A stretch of DNA of 64,000 nucleotides from Lingula anatina (Eukaryota; Animalia; Brachiopoda). Made by a program: the position numbers and the translations under genes. This document shows, piece after piece, positions 61,475-64,000 of this stretch. Under the pieces are notes generated by a model that had not been told where the DNA came from, did not search any database, and was given only the letters and a program-made list of their open reading frames with translations. Positions within the stretch are counted from its first letter, which is position 1; each line of letters opens with the position of its first letter. The stretch is from assembly GCA_051362555.1 (NCBI GenBank), contig CM120649.1, positions 15,202,067 through 15,266,066 of the forward strand, read 5' to 3'.

Positions 61475-64000
61475 AGAAGGTCCATGTGGTCTGATGGCAA
61501 GCACAGATTTGAGAATAATTTGGTGGTAAAATGGAATATATTATATTATATTACTCTGTGTTGTTTACAATGTATGTATTGTAGAATTTTGAATATCATA
61601 TGAAGAGTAGATGTATGAACAACTGATAAGAAAATAGATGGCAATAAAGGTGATGAAATATATTATGGAAAGAAAGAGAAAAAACACTGTGGTATGGTCC
61701 CTAAACAGTTAAACCAATAGTCCAACTGTACATGCACATTTTACAAACAAACCTCAACAATTTACATAAAATTTACTAGTCCAATGTTTTATGCTGGTAT
61801 AATTTGTTTAAAGCCAGTTCAAACCCAAGCAATATCAGCCTGCAAATAATCCAAAACTATTAGTTATCAGGCCAGCAGATTAGAGTCACTCTATCCTTCT
61901 ATCTGGTCATCTGTCTGGGATAGCAAGGTTCATTTCCTCTATAAAGTAAGTTGCATTTCCAATGAAGCTGTGACCGCTTAACTTAGGACATACCATCTTG
62001 AAGACCGAGTATACACAACTTCTAAACCATAGGAAACCAATCTAATGTCTCTGTTGTGTATGCCATAAATATATCAATAACTTAAGTACTAGTCAATGTC
62101 TTGGAGAAAGAGTACTTGTAGATAAAAATATGAAGACGACACTTGACTGCAAAACAATAACATTAGACTACAATATATGTCCATACTAGTGCCTTTAAAG
62201 GTGTATCATATGCAGTTACATCACCTGCCTGTGACTAGAAAACAATACCATGAAATGCTGAGGCAAAGATGCATCATCTTCAACTGCCATTGTTGTTGTA
62301 CTAGAAATATCAGCTACAATCAGTTTTTTAAGTCCCAATTGTACTTTCATCATAGTTATTTAAAATTATTATAAATTTTTTTTCGCACTTCTTTATATTT
62401 CTGATCCTAGTACATCTTTAAGGTATGCCAGGATAGCACTGTTCTAAATCAAGTTGTCACAAAAGAGCTGGAAACACGCCTCAGTAAAGGGCAACAGGAG
62501 TTCACACTGGGTCAATTACACCCAGCACTATCCCCCTGTGTAAAAATCAATCATGTGCTATCTTCCCTGGGAAGATCTACTAGTAATATGGAGAATGACT
62601 AGGGATGAACAGGTTCCCTATTGCATTAACTATGCAGCCACAAAGTATATTATTGTTGGTTTTTATACATATCAATAATATGGGACCATGGACAGAACAA
62701 GAGAGAGAGAGAGAGAATGTGGAGGGGGGGGGGGGGGGGCAGGTGTTAATTACATACTAGTATTATATTCCTCTCAGGAAGTTGGACAAAACAGGGGGTT
62801 ACTAACTAGGAAAGATCCAGCAAGAGACACATTCAAGTTATAACACTGCTTTGAACACTCCAATTTACAATACTTGAAAAGCATTTTTGATCCAAGTAAG
62901 AAAACAATGTTATGCGATTTTAAGTAAATTTCATTCAAATTACATCTGTAATTACTAGAGATATTTATTTAACAAGAGATTCACAAATACCCAGTTTTCA
63001 GACACCCACAAAGAAAGATTAATATTCAGTGCAATTATTCAACTTCAGTGATCAATGCTTACATCAGTGGAATACGCATCACCGCCAGTCACCGCCCGAA
63101 GCAAAACGCGACCTGGGAATAATGACAGCATTTCTTGGAAGAAGTAATATCTATTAAAATGGCTTCTAACAAATCCCAACAACAAGTGGCTTAATGCAGT
63201 TTGTCCAAGTAATGAAAAGGGTGTTATTTTAATCTGCCAATTTATGGCCACAATAAATACAAAGCTGGGAAATGTATAAATATCAAGTCAGGAATTTCAA
63301 TAATTTGCTTTTCTTCCTTTGCTTTCAAATGGGTTTTAAAACGTGGCACAATGCACCAGCCACTTCAATATGCGGCAGTTAATGATTGCTAAACAGTACA
63401 GTAAAATCTTTTAAAAATTAGCAAATTTTTAAAAAGTTGAATTCAATACCTAGATAATCTAGACAAATCAGAAATTTGAACTAAATGATTTAAAAACTGT
63501 GACAAATAATTAAATAATTTGCGAGGAGGCACCTGGGGGTGCGGGTGGGGGGTGGGGGGGGGGGGGAGGAAGAGAGGTGCATTCTTTGTTTTTGGTGGCC
63601 AAATCAGAATAGCTTCATCTTTTGTTTAAAATCTAGTATGCCAACCATAGGCCAGACTGTTATCAATCTTGAAAATTAGCCACAATATTTACAACCTGCC
63701 ACTAATGGACTCCATATAATTTGAAGAATTTTGAATGGTGAAGTTCCTCAAAGTTCAAGCACTTGTGGAGAACACATTCCACACAGATTTCAAATATTTT
63801 CCCATTCCTGATTTTGCTGTTTGTATACAACAAAACTGTCCATGGGCAGTTAAAAGGTCAGAAATATTTTGGTAAACAAAGGAAGGTAAAAAAGACAATA
63901 CATATCATTGAGCAGAAAGGGAACTTTCAATTCTGAAACAGCATGAAGATTACTACTCTGAAATGACATTAAATGCATTAACATAAGTCAGTCATGTGAT

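Overview
This is AT-rich, intron-containing animal DNA; the gene content suggests an invertebrate, probably a lophotrochozoan, but the species cannot be fixed from this window. I assembled six protein-coding gene models by hand from GT-AG exons. (1-2) Two tandem minus-strand paralogues encode a secreted PAN/Apple-EGF-C-type lectin. Copy B is complete (6524-11751); copy A runs off the left edge. Each copy has a different LINE fragment in intron 1. (3) A plus-strand four-exon gene (16333-20810) encodes signal peptide + BRICHOS domain + ~230 aa of Pro-rich PVP(Q/K/R)R repeats + RSRR furin site + a 41-aa cationic, Cys-free, beta-rich tail. This is the most unusual feature and only its last exon shows in the ORF track. 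(4) An intronless MID1IP1/Spot14-family gene. (5) A seven-coding-exon IL-1-receptor-like gene (2 Ig, TM, TIR, long tail) with a Pro-to-Cys BB loop, a TRAF6-type motif and a beta-TrCP-type degron. (6) A five-coding-exon Mtl/MIG-2/RhoG GTPase. The window also holds a full-length dead Tc1 (DD34E), at least nine MITE/foldback insertions (most with readable target-site duplications), mini- and microsatellites, and several candidate enhancer motif clusters. I found no rRNA, credible tRNA or CRISPR array. All coordinates and translations were read by eye and no database search was run.
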